This document shows positions 25,781-37,858 of a stretch of DNA of 64,000 bases, piece after piece; position 1 is the stretch's first letter, and each line of letters starts with the position of its first letter. The DNA comes from Octopus sinensis (taxonomy: Eukaryota), in the NCBI RefSeq assembly GCF_006345805.1, contig NW_021836134.1, positions 1-64,000 of the forward strand, given 5' to 3'. The notes below the pieces were generated by a model, which was not told the DNA's origin, ran no database searches, and worked only from the letters and a program-made list of their open reading frames with translations. The position numbers and the translations under genes are program-made.

Positions 25781-26581
25781 ATGAATGTTGTTGTCAGTGG
25801 CTGCCGTTCGGTTCTCGGCAATGAAACAGTCAGTGCCTTTCTTTCCAAGGGGTACAACGTATTTGGCATCGACAAAAAATCTCCCGACGAATTCTCCGAC
25901 CACAAAGACCAGTACCAGTACATAGAGACTGACGTTACAATAAAAATATTTTATTATCAGATAACTCAATTTGGACAAGTGGAAGGGGTATTCCACATGC
26001 TGCAGCAAAAGGAGTGCATTCCTCGAGTCATCGTCAACTGTGCTCAATTCGCCTACAGCCAGAGTTGCTACAACATGCACACAGACTCCACTTTGGCAAG
26101 TCTTATTTTAATAAAATTCAAATGGTATGGATAACCTGTGACCCCCAGACTAACGTGGTGGGCACCTACAACATCTGCAGGGCGGCGATTGGACAAAACA
26201 CGGGGTTAGGGAACAAATGTCTCTCAGCATTGTCAATACCTCCTCCTTCGCAGAACACGGCATGGCCGGACATTCTGCCCTCGCCTCCACCTCTGCGGCC
26301 ATCAATTGCCTCACTATGAGTTTGGCAAGGTCGGTTAGTCGCACGAGGATCAGACTGGTGGCTGTGTCTCCTGGTACTTGGTTGGGTAATCAGGCTTGTT
26401 CGACACGGAATTGATCGGAAACATTCCCGACGAAGTTAAAAAGACTCTTTCCTTCATGAATGCTTTTCCTTACAGATTCGGGAAGGCTGAGGAATTTGCC
26501 AAACTTGTCACGGATGTGGCCGACTATGATCTCGGGAGTCTGGTCATTCCAATCGACGGAGGACTCAGACTGTGCCCCTGA
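25781..26581 (+). CDS. HSD17B10: HSD17B10/Scully-like short-chain dehydrogenase; catalytic motifs degenerate
   Basis: VIVNCAQ, TNVVGTYNICR, IVNTSS, IRLVAVSP|GLFDT, FPYRFGKAEEFAKLV and IPIDGGLRLCP* align with HSD17B10 throughout. YxxxK reads LASTS. Confidence 0.8.
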
Positions 26582-26666
26582 AATGATCACTTTTTTATTT
26601 TTGTTGTGTTAAATTAAACTTATTAATTTGTTATAAGTTGTGTTTGTTGGATGGGTTATTCTTTTT

Positions 26667-28262
26667 ATGTCCAGTGTAGGCAGAGAGAAGGGAGTGCAGG
26701 CCTCCTCCAGTGAGCAGGAGGACATCATAGCAAGGCAACTGTCCCGAATCAACTCTCTCGAGTATAGACTTGAGAAAAGCGACCAATTCTCCAACCAGGA
26801 ATTAATTCAAATAAAACTCGAGTTTAATCAACAACTGACCAAGGTTGGTCGACATGTTGACTGTCAGTACATCCAAACAATCGACCGACTTGAGAAAGAG
26901 AAAAAATGTCTGGAAGCCCGGATTGAGTCCAACGAGTCAAAACTGTCCGAACTGACTCAACTCAACGCCCAGCAATGCGACCAACTGAAGGATGCCATTG
27001 TCAGTGCCTCCAAACTGACCATTGATTTGGAGAACTCTGCTTTCGAGAACATGGCCCTCCAACAGGACATCCAACAACTCCGTTCGACCATTCAATCAAA
27101 GAACGAAATCTTTTCCCAAACCACCAGTTTGGCAGATCGACTGGAAGGACAATTGAAGGTAGTCACATTACTTATTTGTGCAGGAAATGCGTGGAAGGTT
27201 TCTCAATGTGGAGGACCAGTTGGAGAAACAGTTGCTGGCCAACTCACAACTAGTCCATGAAGGGGAGATGCTCAAAGACTGTTTGGCAGAGCACAAATTG
27301 GAGGGGACTCAACTCAATGGGCGTGTGAAGACATTGATGGCAGAAATGGAAATCAAGGAAAGACAACTCGAGCAATTCAAACATGATCTGAGAACTCGGG
27401 AGGAGAGAGTGAGTCCATTCCATTATATCCCAGCACAAGACTGAGTTGGAGGACAGAACATCGCAGATTGAGGAGTTGGAAGGGACTATTCAAGAACTAA
27501 GACACAGTTATGAAGACCGTGAGTCCTACGAGGAGACAATTCGGGGACTGCGAGAGGAAGTGAGTGAGTTGACAGGAGAGAGGAGACGAGTGGAGACGGA
27601 GGGTATGTGTGAGGACTGAGTGTTGAGGGGCGGCCAGTGCGAGGGAGTTGGCCATCGTGAAGGCCACTCTTTGCAAAGAGAGAAGACGATTTGTCTTGGA
27701 GAATAGAGTATTGTGTCTGATTGGCAATTGAGAGAGCCTAACCAGAGACATTATTAACCTGCGGAGACTCCAGAAAGGGGAGGAGATTGTGTCCCTCGAT
27801 AACAATGACGGGAGTAGTGGAGAACGTACGTCTCTGTCCTCCTTCCTCGACGTGCATGAGTTGTGGGATCGTGTCATTCTCCACAAACAAGAGATATGCC
27901 ACTACAAGGAACTTTGCGACAATCTCAAGGACTCGGTCGACAGTCTTAAGGCTCAACTTGAGCAGAAAGATAGGTTGGATTGGTCAGGCCACGCTTAGTG
28001 TTGTCAGGTATTGCCTTCTCCTCGTCGGGAATGTCGATCCCTCACATTTGCTCGAGGTTGGTCGTGATATGCAGAGTTGCAGAATTTGTCAACAATCAAC
28101 GGGATTGACGACCGACTTATCAGTGCGGGGTTTTCTCCGGAGAGATCTGATTTGTCTCAGTTCTGTTCGAAGGATCTCACTCTCAAATTGGCCGTGGAAG
28201 TAAACAGACGACTACAGTCAGTTCTCGAGTCCCTCATCATGGCTATGGACAATGCTCGATAG
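26667..28262 (+). CDS. CCDC186: Long coiled-coil protein, CCDC186/CCCP-1-like
   Basis: Continuous heptad-rich exons. C-terminal DLTLKLAVEVNRRLQSVLE resembles CCDC186 LTLELSLEINRKLQAVLE. Orthology is tentative. Confidence 0.55.
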
Positions 28263-28293
28263 AAATTTTATTTTTAACTTTTGTAATTAATGA

Positions 28294-29051
28294 TCAAATT
28301 TGCTTCTTTTTGCATTGACGGTAATAAATGATTTGGAGAGCCAGAATTCCACTGGAGACACAACCCGAGATGTACCCCACCAGGAGAATTCGGTCCCCAC
28401 TTTCCTGCAGGGTGGTAAACACCCTCGCCAAAGCCCCCAAACTCATAATAGCCACTGTAGAGAAGGACAGTTTCCCAGTCCCCTTGTTTGTGTGGTTAGC
28501 AACAATTTGGAGCAACTGGGACAATAAACCAGAAGGGAACCCTCCCAGATATGGCGAATGGGATAGTCATTAGCTGAGCTGCCCCCAGTGCCCTCACATT
28601 GCAGTAGGGGACTGACAGTAAGCCCAAAGTCGTCCCCGACAACAAAAACAGGACATGTCTGTGTCGCTTGTGTAGGTACAAACACATGACCAACAGCCAC
28701 CAATTCTGCAAGGCCAAGCAAAGACTGTCTCCATAAGCTCTGGGAATAATGTAAATGGATGCCTGAGGGGGTAATTGTTGGTGTATGAATATATACTGGT
28801 CAGTTGATAAGCACAGGTCTCCAGGAAGAGGAGAGGCAGCTCAGTCCCTCTGCTGTGCCACTGGACATGATTAGCACAATTTGGGGCAGTTTAACTGACT
28901 AATATCACACCCAAACTACCAAGTGCTGATCCCGCCGAAATGGCATATCCGAGAACTCTGGCCAAAGCGAGTTTGAGGCAGACAACTATTCAAAATTAGA
29001 TATGCTCTTACAGTCAGTCCAGTCCTGGCACTGTGGAAGCAACAAGAACAT
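28294..29051 (-). CDS. MPDU1: Mannose-P-dolichol utilization defect 1 (PQ-loop)
   Basis: CLKLALARVLGYAISAGSAL|VKLPQIV...AEGLS and TGKLSFSTVAIMSLGALARVFTTLQESGD...QIIYY. Confidence 0.9.
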
Positions 29052-29112
29052 GTTCTCTTCAATGACGTGTATTATTTAAATCGAATAAATAATATATTTT
29101 GAATTGTGGGTG
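29052..29112. promoter_or_regulatory. 61-bp bidirectional promoter region between the MPDU1 and PDP start codons
   Basis: Divergent ATGs at 29051(-) and 29113(+). Contains TGACGT (29063-29068) and the inverted repeat TATTATTTA-aatcgaa-TAAATAATA (29070-29094). Promoter function is inferred from geometry. Confidence 0.55.
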
Positions 29113-30300
29113 ATGCGGTCTGTGGGGACAGTGCTGAGGAGGATCTCGACCTGGGACATTCTGACCAAGAATGAGGAACATGTGACCTTCAATTCTCCAT
29201 TCGTCAAGTCAATTACTTCCAACCAACTCCCCTCCAACCCCACTTGCGAGGATTTTATGTTTCGCACTAAATACGGGAAAAGAACGACTTTATGGTGGGG
29301 GTGGTGGACGGGCATGGGGGATCCACTTGCGGAGACATGTGTGCTCGAATGCTGCCTTATTTCATGGCTGGTTCTCTTTACCCTGCACTAATCCAGTCCT
29401 ACATCACTCACAACGTTGGTTTGGGCTGTAGTGTTGTAGACTCCACTCTTTGAAGAGCACGTCCATAAAGTCACCGACCAGTCCTTCATTGACCCTATGA
29501 TTGGGCCGGACACTGCTTTGTCGGAACTTTTGTCTTTGAGCTTTGTTAGATTGGACCAGTCAATTGCCGACTATGCCCTGGCTGGCCTAACCGAGCAAGT
29601 GAGTGGCCTGGAATCCATTTATAGTCCCTCAGCACTGCACTCTCCGGCGCCTGCACATGTGTGGCATATATTACTGACAATCGGGTGACTGTGGCCAATG
29701 TGGGTGACTGTGCTGCCTTTGTTGTCAGGCAAATGGACGGACAGTTCAAACCCATCCGGCTGAGCAACCCGCACTGCATGGAGAACTCGAATGAGGTTGC
29801 CCGTGTCCTTTCATCTGTCCCTGACAACGAGAAGAACGTGTTGTTGTGGAATCGGAGACTCCTGGGCAGACTTATCCCCTTCAGAGCATTCGGGGACTTT
29901 CAATTCAAATGGTCTCGGGATATTCTTCTGCACGTGCAGAAACATTTGTCTTCGGAGGGAAATGTGGATATTCTCCTCCCATCTTTCTACAAATCTCAGC
30001 CCTACGTCGTGGCCTTCCCCGAAGTCATCACCCCACACCCTCACTTCGGATGACCTGTGTTTGTTACTGACCACTGACGGGCTCCTCGATTTCCTGGAGA
30101 TTGACGTGGTGGCTGATTTGGTGGGCCGACAGTTGACTGGTCGGGAGAAATGTGGGAATTTGGTCACTCATATAATCGCAAGTGCACTGCAGGGATTACG
30201 TGATGATTCCCGTCTACTAAAAGAGTATTTGAGACTGCCATCAAAGATCTCACGTCGATATCGTGATGACATGACTGCAGTGGTCGTGTCTTTTGTGTGA
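29113..30300 (+). CDS. PDP1: Pyruvate dehydrogenase phosphatase catalytic subunit-like PP2C
   Basis: SNQLPSNPTCED, VVDGHGG, VANVGDC, RLLGRLIPFRAFGDFQFKW, PYVVAFPEV, TTDGL and RDDMTAVVV. Confidence 0.85.
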
Positions 30301-30400
30301 CTTATAAGCACGTTATTATTGGCTATTAGTCCTGTTGTGAATCGATCGATGTCCATTGATATTTAGTCGCGCTGTCCGTCTCACTAGCCACTATGCACAA

Positions 30401-31600
30401 ATGTCTGCTACCCAGAACATCCCCACGCTGGTCCACGTTGCCCTTCCCCACAGCCAGACCAAGTCCTTCCGTCTAGATGTAGCACTCATTCATAAGCAAT
30501 AGAAGCGTCTCACTGGGGCAGACGTGTTCAGAATGCTCAACAGTATTCTCGGTGAGTATGAAACACACTTCTTCGGACTGCACTACGTCGACTCTTCGGG
30601 AGCTAAGGTGTTGTCTGTCCACATGTCCTAGTGTTGGATAGATTTGGACAGACCTCTACACCGAGAATGCATGTTTGGGGGGGAGGTGTCTCTCCACTTG
30701 GGGGGTGAGAATATATCCCGTCGACGTAGAACTCTATCCTGTCGGAAGGTGGGTCACATTATTCATTTTAGACACTCACATCAGTGCTCAAAAATAAACT
30801 GTCCAAAGGCCTTCTGTCCGCTCTGCTCATAAAAAGTATCGAGTGTGAAATCAGACTAGACGAGTACTCCGACGAGGAGTTGTGTGAGCTGGAATGCTTT
30901 CCTGTCTACTTCCCTGAACAAGACGAGTCTGATACACTTTTGATCAACTCGTTGCTCATGGATTTGCAGTTTGACTTGATTCATTTACATTGACAGAGGG
31001 ATCTCTAAAGAGGAGGCTGCAACTCGATTCCTCAGATGCAGCAGTTTGCTCGATTCGTACGACTGCGAGTACTACTTGGCCAATGTAGAGTTGTAGTGAT
31101 ACCCCAGACTGTTGATTATAAGCGTGTTCATCTCTCAGTGAACCACAGAGGAGTGCGTGTTGAGCACAGACAGGCCTTACTTCGATACTACATGTGGGAC
31201 TCAATCAAAAAGTTGACTTTCGACCGCAAGTCCCTGACAATTCAGCTTGTCGTCGGACCAGTGGGGGCTTTGTTTAAGTAGTAGAAGTCAAATATGAGCT
31301 TTGATTTGGAGAGTTGTGCCCGATGTAGAACATTCTGGCAGTTGTGTGTGGACTATCATACATTCTACATTAGTCGACAGTGCATTTGACTATCAATATA
31401 CTTTTGTCAGTCCACTCTCTAATTATCTTTCCATCCACATATCCTCCTTATAACAAATTGGAAGTGCTCTGTTTCACTATATCATCACGAGTTTTTGGAG
31501 CACTTTCTTTATTCCGAAGTTTATTAGTTGTGGCCGCGTGGGTTTTCCTCCTGCAGTGCATGTTGTGAACTTATTTCGGTTAAGTCGGTCAATGAAGTAA
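30401..31600 (+). CDS. FERM-domain protein (FARP/FRMD7-like FERM); C-terminal end uncertain
   Basis: HFFGLHY...|CWIDLDRPL (F1), LGEYSDEE-like F2, and HLSVNHRGV...MWDSIKKLTFDRKSLTIQL...CRTFWQLCVDYHTFY (F3). Confidence 0.8.
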
Positions 31601-32315
31601 ATAACTTGTTTCGGCCAAGATTTGGAGGAATTGGAATCAGCTCTTACAAAAATTTGACTTTGCTGCATTAAGCTTTGTTCTTTTCCACTCTATTGAGATT
31701 ACGGAGTATCCGTGACGTTAGAGGCATGGGGTTCTCTCGGATACTGGGTGCCAGAAAAGACCTCGATTCAGACAAGTTGAGACCATTTTTTAGTGGAACT
31801 AAGATCCAATGCTGACCAGTTTGACGTGGGATCACTTCTCGCTTCGTCCAAGCCAATTGGTTGAGAGCCTAACTTTACTCTTTAGTTACTTTCTGATGAG
31901 TCAGTTCGCCTTGGTTGAGGTTGGAATAAAAATTTGGTACCCTCATCGCAGCCGTCCTGGGGAGCTATAGAATCCTCCCTCATACCGATTCAACAATACA
32001 CGCCTTTAACAAAGTCGTCCAATGGACTCTGCTCTGTTGGTATCAACAGGTGCAAAAAACGCCCATATGAAATGCCAACGCTCCCTTTCCATGGGGAAGT
32101 ATGAGATCTAATTTCATTTCTAAAAATACTTTTTGCTCTCGTCGAGGACCCCTCTGGCCAGTTCGAAAGGGATCAAAGTACGCCTCTCTCCAATCAGTGT
32201 TCAAGGCTAATAACGTCGGGTGTGAGGTAAAGGCACTTTGAGGAAGATGGGTAGACGAATCACTTTTTTGAAAGGGAAAGGGAACTGCATCTACTGCATA
32301 AGGATTATACACCAT
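31600..32315 (-). CDS. Hypothetical protein
   Basis: ATG-initiated exon (MVYNPYAVDAVPFPF...), a 22-nt GT-AG intron and downstream ORF pieces. No family recognised. Confidence 0.4.
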
Positions 32316-32404
32316 GGACAAAAATTTTATTTATATTTTATTTCTCCACATATCACATGTTTTAGTCATTAATTTAATGTTTGTTGTATAAGTTATGTCG
32401 TGTT

Positions 32405-33890
32405 ATGCAACAAATTAGCGAATCAGAAAACCGACGCAACACACTACGAAATCTCCTCAGTTTTCTGACCAAAAACGATGAAAGAATTTCCCCCGAGGCA
32501 TTTTCCGAGATATCCAACCACTTGCTACACCACTTGAAGACCCTCATTTCGGTGGGACTGGTTCTTCTCTCACGTAGAACGCCTCTGCACACCATTTCGG
32601 GTCCAAAGACAAATGTCTAAGTCCATTGCACATATCCATTGCACTGAGGGAAGTGATAGGCGACCACATGGGCATGGAGGACGGGAAACTGATGGAATCA
32701 CGTCAAGTGGAAATAAGCAAGAAGGATGTCTTTGTGCGACAAAAGCACTGCATAAACGCCTGCTTCAAAGGTTGAGTGGTGGATATAGTCAGGCCACTGG
32801 CTGTGCATTGACGGAGTGCAGCCCACGACAGTCTACAAACCCAGTGGACTCGGTGTTGGACAGAGCCAAGTCATGTGCTCTGGTGAGACACAGTCCTTCC
32901 TCCAAGCCCAAAGTGTGTTATTGACAACAAGAAGATGGAGAGTGTGGGAGAACTGTCAGGCATACCACATAAAACTGCCCCACGCCCACCAAATAACATG
33001 TGTATGCTGTCTCAGTCACCCACAGGAGGAGCAGTTGTTCTACATTGAACTAACCAAGACGTTGGTGGAGTGAACGACAGCAGGAGAATGGTAGTGTCCT
33101 TTACTATTGAAGGAGGCCTGGCTACTCTGTCGATGGACCCCTCAGTGGCCTCGATTATGTCCCCGCTGGGGTGTTCATATCTGAGGGGGTGAGTGGAGTA
33201 TTCATTGTGGCAGACTCGGGAGAACATTGCCTTGTGTAACTTCCCAATCCTTATATATATTATTCGAATGATCAATGCTGTCATCAGGAATGACAAAATA
33301 TACGTCGAACAATATGTAGTCTCATTCCTTACTCCCAGTTGGACGAACTCCTCCCATGTGTCCTCAGCTGTATTGTCACTAAGGAGATTTGTGCTGCACG
33401 GGACTTCCACAACCAGTGGATTACTTAGGGACTTTGCTGTGTCCACGATGGAGAAGATTGTGAGGTAAGAAGTGGGGTCCTGCAGTCTGTTCGACTCGGA
33501 TATTACCCAGATCAAGTGAGGGTGTGCAGAGTGTTGGAGACTGTTCTCTCAAGTTCTCATTCCTCCACACCCGCCTGCTACGGGAGCCACATGATTGGAT
33601 GCTGTCTTTGGGACATGAGGTTGGGTGGCTCTCTTAGTCAGGTGGTCAAATCCTAACTCCTTCCCCACGCCAGCTACGTCACCGATCGAGTCAAGTCCCT
33701 GGCGGAGAAACACTTACCCTGACTTTGGAGAGACTGGCGGCCGACAAGTACATTGGATTTTTCAAGGTACATTTCCTGAATCATTACTTAGACGAAAATG
33801 GGGGATGAGATCATCCAGAATGTGTCCCGCGAAGATAGGCAGAATTCATCCATAAGTGGGGAGATTCGGCATTGGAGTGGCCGCATATAT
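32405..33890 (+). CDS. Hypothetical multi-exon protein (helical/ARM-like composition)
   Basis: Frames join across several 21-26-nt GT-AG introns; GC content is gene-like. No confident family. Confidence 0.5.
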
Positions 33891-33968
33891 CAGAGACAGA
33901 GGTCGGGGTCACACCCACACCTACTTTGATTAGAATTATTTGTTAATTGAATACGAGTAATAAAAACA

Positions 33969-35256
33969 ATGTTCTTGCTTGCCTTAGCCATCTGTTGTCC
34001 TATATTAAGCAGTACCACAGCAATGAGGAAATAAAGCAGTTCTTGTTCCGAGTGCATTCAAACTGTCCGGAGATAACTCACATTGTCGAACTAAAGAACT
34101 ATTCCTTTCATTCTGAGACATTCAAGGGATTATATTCGGAAAAAGCCCAAAGAACATACAATTGGTAATTGCTGATCTCATTTAAAGGAATCCCGAGTTT
34201 CGATATTTGGGAATATCCACGGAGATGAGACAGTGGGGAGGAACTCCTGTTGCTGTTGGCCGACCATTTGTGTCATCAGTATCTCAACAACGAGTGCCAA
34301 AAAGGAGACTTGTCGACATGACCAGAATTCACATATTTCCTACTATCAACCCCGACGGATTGACTTGAATGTCCGAGTGAATGCTCAGGAAATTGACCTC
34401 AATCGGGACTTTCCCGTCTTGATCCAACAACAGGCACTGGAGCAAAAGAGACTGGTTTTTCACATTTTGAGCAATTGAGAGCGAGCGAAGGAGACACAGC
34501 GAATTGTGGAGTACATGGACAGTCTTCCATTCGTCCTGGGGGCGACACTCCACGGAGGATCCAACGTGGTGGTTTACCCGTTCGACAGGAACCTGCAGAA
34601 CGAGAATGTCTACACCAAATGCCCCGACGATATCACATTCATGTTTTCTGACTTCTGAACTCACAAAGCTATATATCTAGACAGTATGCGGACTCCCTCA
34701 GTTCTGGCACTGTAAAGTGGTGCGGACGACTGACTGAGTTCGACCGTGGGGTCGTGAAACGGGGCCTACTGGTACAGCATGAGTGGGGGACTTATGGCTA
34801 CACGTATTTGGGGACCGACGGTTTTGAAATGACGATTGAAATGTCTTGCACAAAATTCCCTAGCTGGGACGAGATTGGGGCGTTTTGGGAACAGCACAAA
34901 TCTGCCTTGGTGAATCTCATCTGGCAGGTGTTTCTAGGTTTGCTGACCTCTCAGACTCATCTCGGAGTGAAGGGACTCGTCTTAGATGGGGAAAAGTGGA
35001 GACACTTAGCAAGTTTATGTGCAAGTTATGATTAAGCACGAATGAATATATTGCACACAACGTCTCTACAAGTGCACTTTTGCATGCAGTCCTTAGACGT
35101 ACTGGGGGAGAATTACAGGCTCCTGGCACCGGGGACCTACAGACTGGTCGTCCAGGCACTGGGTTCAAGAGGACTGAGTCTGAAATCATTTTGAGAGACA
35201 AACATTGCTGCTGCGAGGCTAAAATTGTCGATTTTAGATTGGAAATTGATTTATGA
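33969..35256 (+). CDS. M14B metallocarboxypeptidase (CPM/CPD/CPE-like) with transthyretin-like tail
   Basis: Signal-like MFLLALAICC, YHSNEEI, PEFRYLGNIHGDE, RVNAQEIDLNRDFP, LHGGSNVVVYPFD, EMTIEMSCTKFP and HLGVKGLV. Zinc ligands and catalytic Glu are present. Confidence 0.9.
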
Positions 35257-35349
35257 CGTACTTACTAATTTAATTTACCTAAAATACTCAAACTAATAGT
35301 GTTCCTATCCTAGGGGCGGCAATGTTATGAAAGACTCGGTCCAAATGCA

Positions 35350-37760
35350 CGGAAAACTTATTTCATGCCTAAACGAGTATGCCATCTCAGTGCTAAACTA
35401 TACGTTGCTCTGATCGATTCGAGCCGAAATGAGACGATGCATGAAATGGACCTTAGTGTCCGAAAGAGTACTCCTTTGAGGAGAATCATGTCCACGTTGT
35501 TGGCGTAGCAATAAGGAAAGATTGTACTTGTCTCCGCAAAAACAGCTAGGACGTGGAAGCGAGAGTAACATGTACACTTAAGTAAGCAAATTCTCACTAA
35601 GATGCACGGACACCTTGTTGAGAGTGGGTCGATGTATCCAAAGGAGGCTGCCATTCCCTTACTGCTTGAAAAGGCGCGTCGTTGCACAACCTGGGCCATA
35701 AAAAGGTCACGATGTCGGCAAGTTGGTCTTGGTGAGCTTACCAAGTTTTTGTAGAGTGGAATTGATTAAACAACAGGGGAACCTTAATTAGAAAGATCAA
35801 CTGTGAAAATCCTTAACCCAAGACTCTCTTAGCAGCATGGCACAACCGCCACATTGACGTATTTCGTCAATTTGCGGGCAGAAATATTTGAATAACCTCC
35901 CGATAGAAGGGTTGTTTTCATATTTGCAGGGATAGAAACTTTTTTAATGGTCAACGGAAACAGATTGTAATTTTTAGAGTAAGGCATGTTACCGGTTGAC
36001 CATTAGCCACGAAGTGCGGGAGTTTGGCTTTACCCTGATTTACACCGGGAGCGCAGTGGACAGACTGTTTGCCGCGGAAAAAAACGATGAGGGCAAGGGA
36101 GAGAAAATATAAGGAGGAGCTTCTCTAGAGAGTCCTCATTTTTTCCCTGGCGTTCTTCCCTTTTTTTCCGTACATTTTTTGTGGGGGCATGCGGGGTGTG
36201 TCATCGGGTACGTCGTCACGGAGAGTCCCTCATTTTTCCCTGGCGTTCTTCCCTTTTTTCCGTACATTTTTTGTGGGGGGCATGGCGGGTGTGTCATCGG
36301 GTACGTCACACGTTTTTTCATCAGTATCTCCTCAAAGTGGCAGCATTTAGTTGTTCATTTTGCTTTTCTTCTAGAGTTTTGCACATTTTTGACTGAATTT
36401 TTGAAATTTTTTCCCAATGGTGTAGCTGATCGTATTACCACCACGCTACACAGGCGCAACTAATTGTGGCTTACATGTACTGTTTATAGACGGTTTGGCG
36501 AGTGGCGAGGTTCGTCCACTGTCTGCATTTTTGAAGGAAAACTCTAAGTATGTTGAGTTTCTTCATACATTTTGTGATCACATAATTAACTTGCTGCTAG
36601 AAAGACATATGGTGTCGTATGTTACTCCCAAAATGTTTTGCGATTTCGGAATCTTTTGGCATCTGATAGTAAATAATTGAAAAGAGCTGGTAATAAAGGC
36701 GAGCCTTTGAGGTACTCCATTTGGAAAATATTTCGAGCTTGATTTTGCACTTTTCGTATAGATTCTTCCTCTTCGCCCAGTGAGAAAGTAGCTATCAATT
36801 CTTCCTCATCATGAATATCTCATTGATTTTTTCACAAGCTGTGTCTGCCTGTGTGGTTTATTAGTTTTGTTAAAGTTGTGATGAGTATATGAAGTGTTTA
36901 TCTCCAATATAAAAAACACAATTGGTAAAATAAAAAGTAGATAGGGGGATTCTTCAAGGAGATAGCATGTTGTCGCTGCTTTTTTGTATTTATCTCGAAA
37001 CCATTGGGTAGACTTCACAACGGCAGACATAGACAAATGTCAATAACTCCGCGGATACAGAGATTTCCTGGGCACGCTTTTGGCCCATTTCTGTGAGACC
37101 TTTTCTTTATTCCTTTGTAACACTGCACAACACCAAACCAAATGGTTTGGGGAGAAGACGCAGTAGGACTAATGAAACTAAACCTATCTAAAAACAAATC
37201 AATTATATTCACAGTTGTCAAGCCATCTACAATGATTGTTGGACGCTTGAGACGCTATGCGTTTCCCGAAGAACAAACTCCCAATCGCTACTAGGACAAG
37301 ATACCTTACGGAAAACTGCTGCATTTACCCCACACTCGAGCAACTTATCAATTCTCTATAGATAACCACCTCTGCTCCGTGGAAACTGGTCTTTCCCCCA
37401 AATGACAGCTTAATAAAAAGCATATATATAGCTGCTTACAAACACATCGGAAAACAGATCAATTAAATTCACTCGGGAAGATATACCATTCAGATGTGTA
37501 TGCACTTACTGTTTAGCAAAAAGATCATAAACTCAGAATCGAAAATAAAAACGACTGTAGCAACAAACATGGACTCAAAAATACAACGACGCATCAAGAA
37601 ATTGGACATCCCGGAGTCTTTTGTAAAGGAAATCGAAGAACTCAAGGGCGGCACACAAATCTTCCAGGACTACATAAAAGAGGAAAACACAGCAAACTCA
37701 AAATCATCGATGACAGTGAAAAATTTTTTACGAACCTACTGTTCAAGCCGAACTAATAAC
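35350..37760. mobile_element. Cluster of decayed non-LTR RT fragments on both strands
   Basis: Minus strand: AAKRVLG, LYKNLV...VVQRRA (CR1/L2-like) and GVPQ(G)SPLLPALFN...LGVTYD. Plus strand: RGILQGDSMLSLLF and LKLNLSKNK. All heavily interrupted. Confidence 0.45.
36128..36308. repeat. Tandem duplication, about 93-bp unit, two copies
   Basis: GAGAGTCC(C)TCATTTTTCCCTGGCG...GTGTCATCGGGTACGTC starts at 36128 and again at 36221. Confidence 0.9.
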
Positions 37761-37858
37761 TGATCATTTTGAAAATCAATTGTGTAAATATTTATATTAT
37801 TTAAAAACACTAAGCATAATTAGATTAAAAAAATACGTATATACTATTTAGGTTGGGC

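Noticed and set aside
32405-33890. Assignment as Rotatin or MEI1
   Set aside because: Only short, weak motif resemblance; left as hypothetical.
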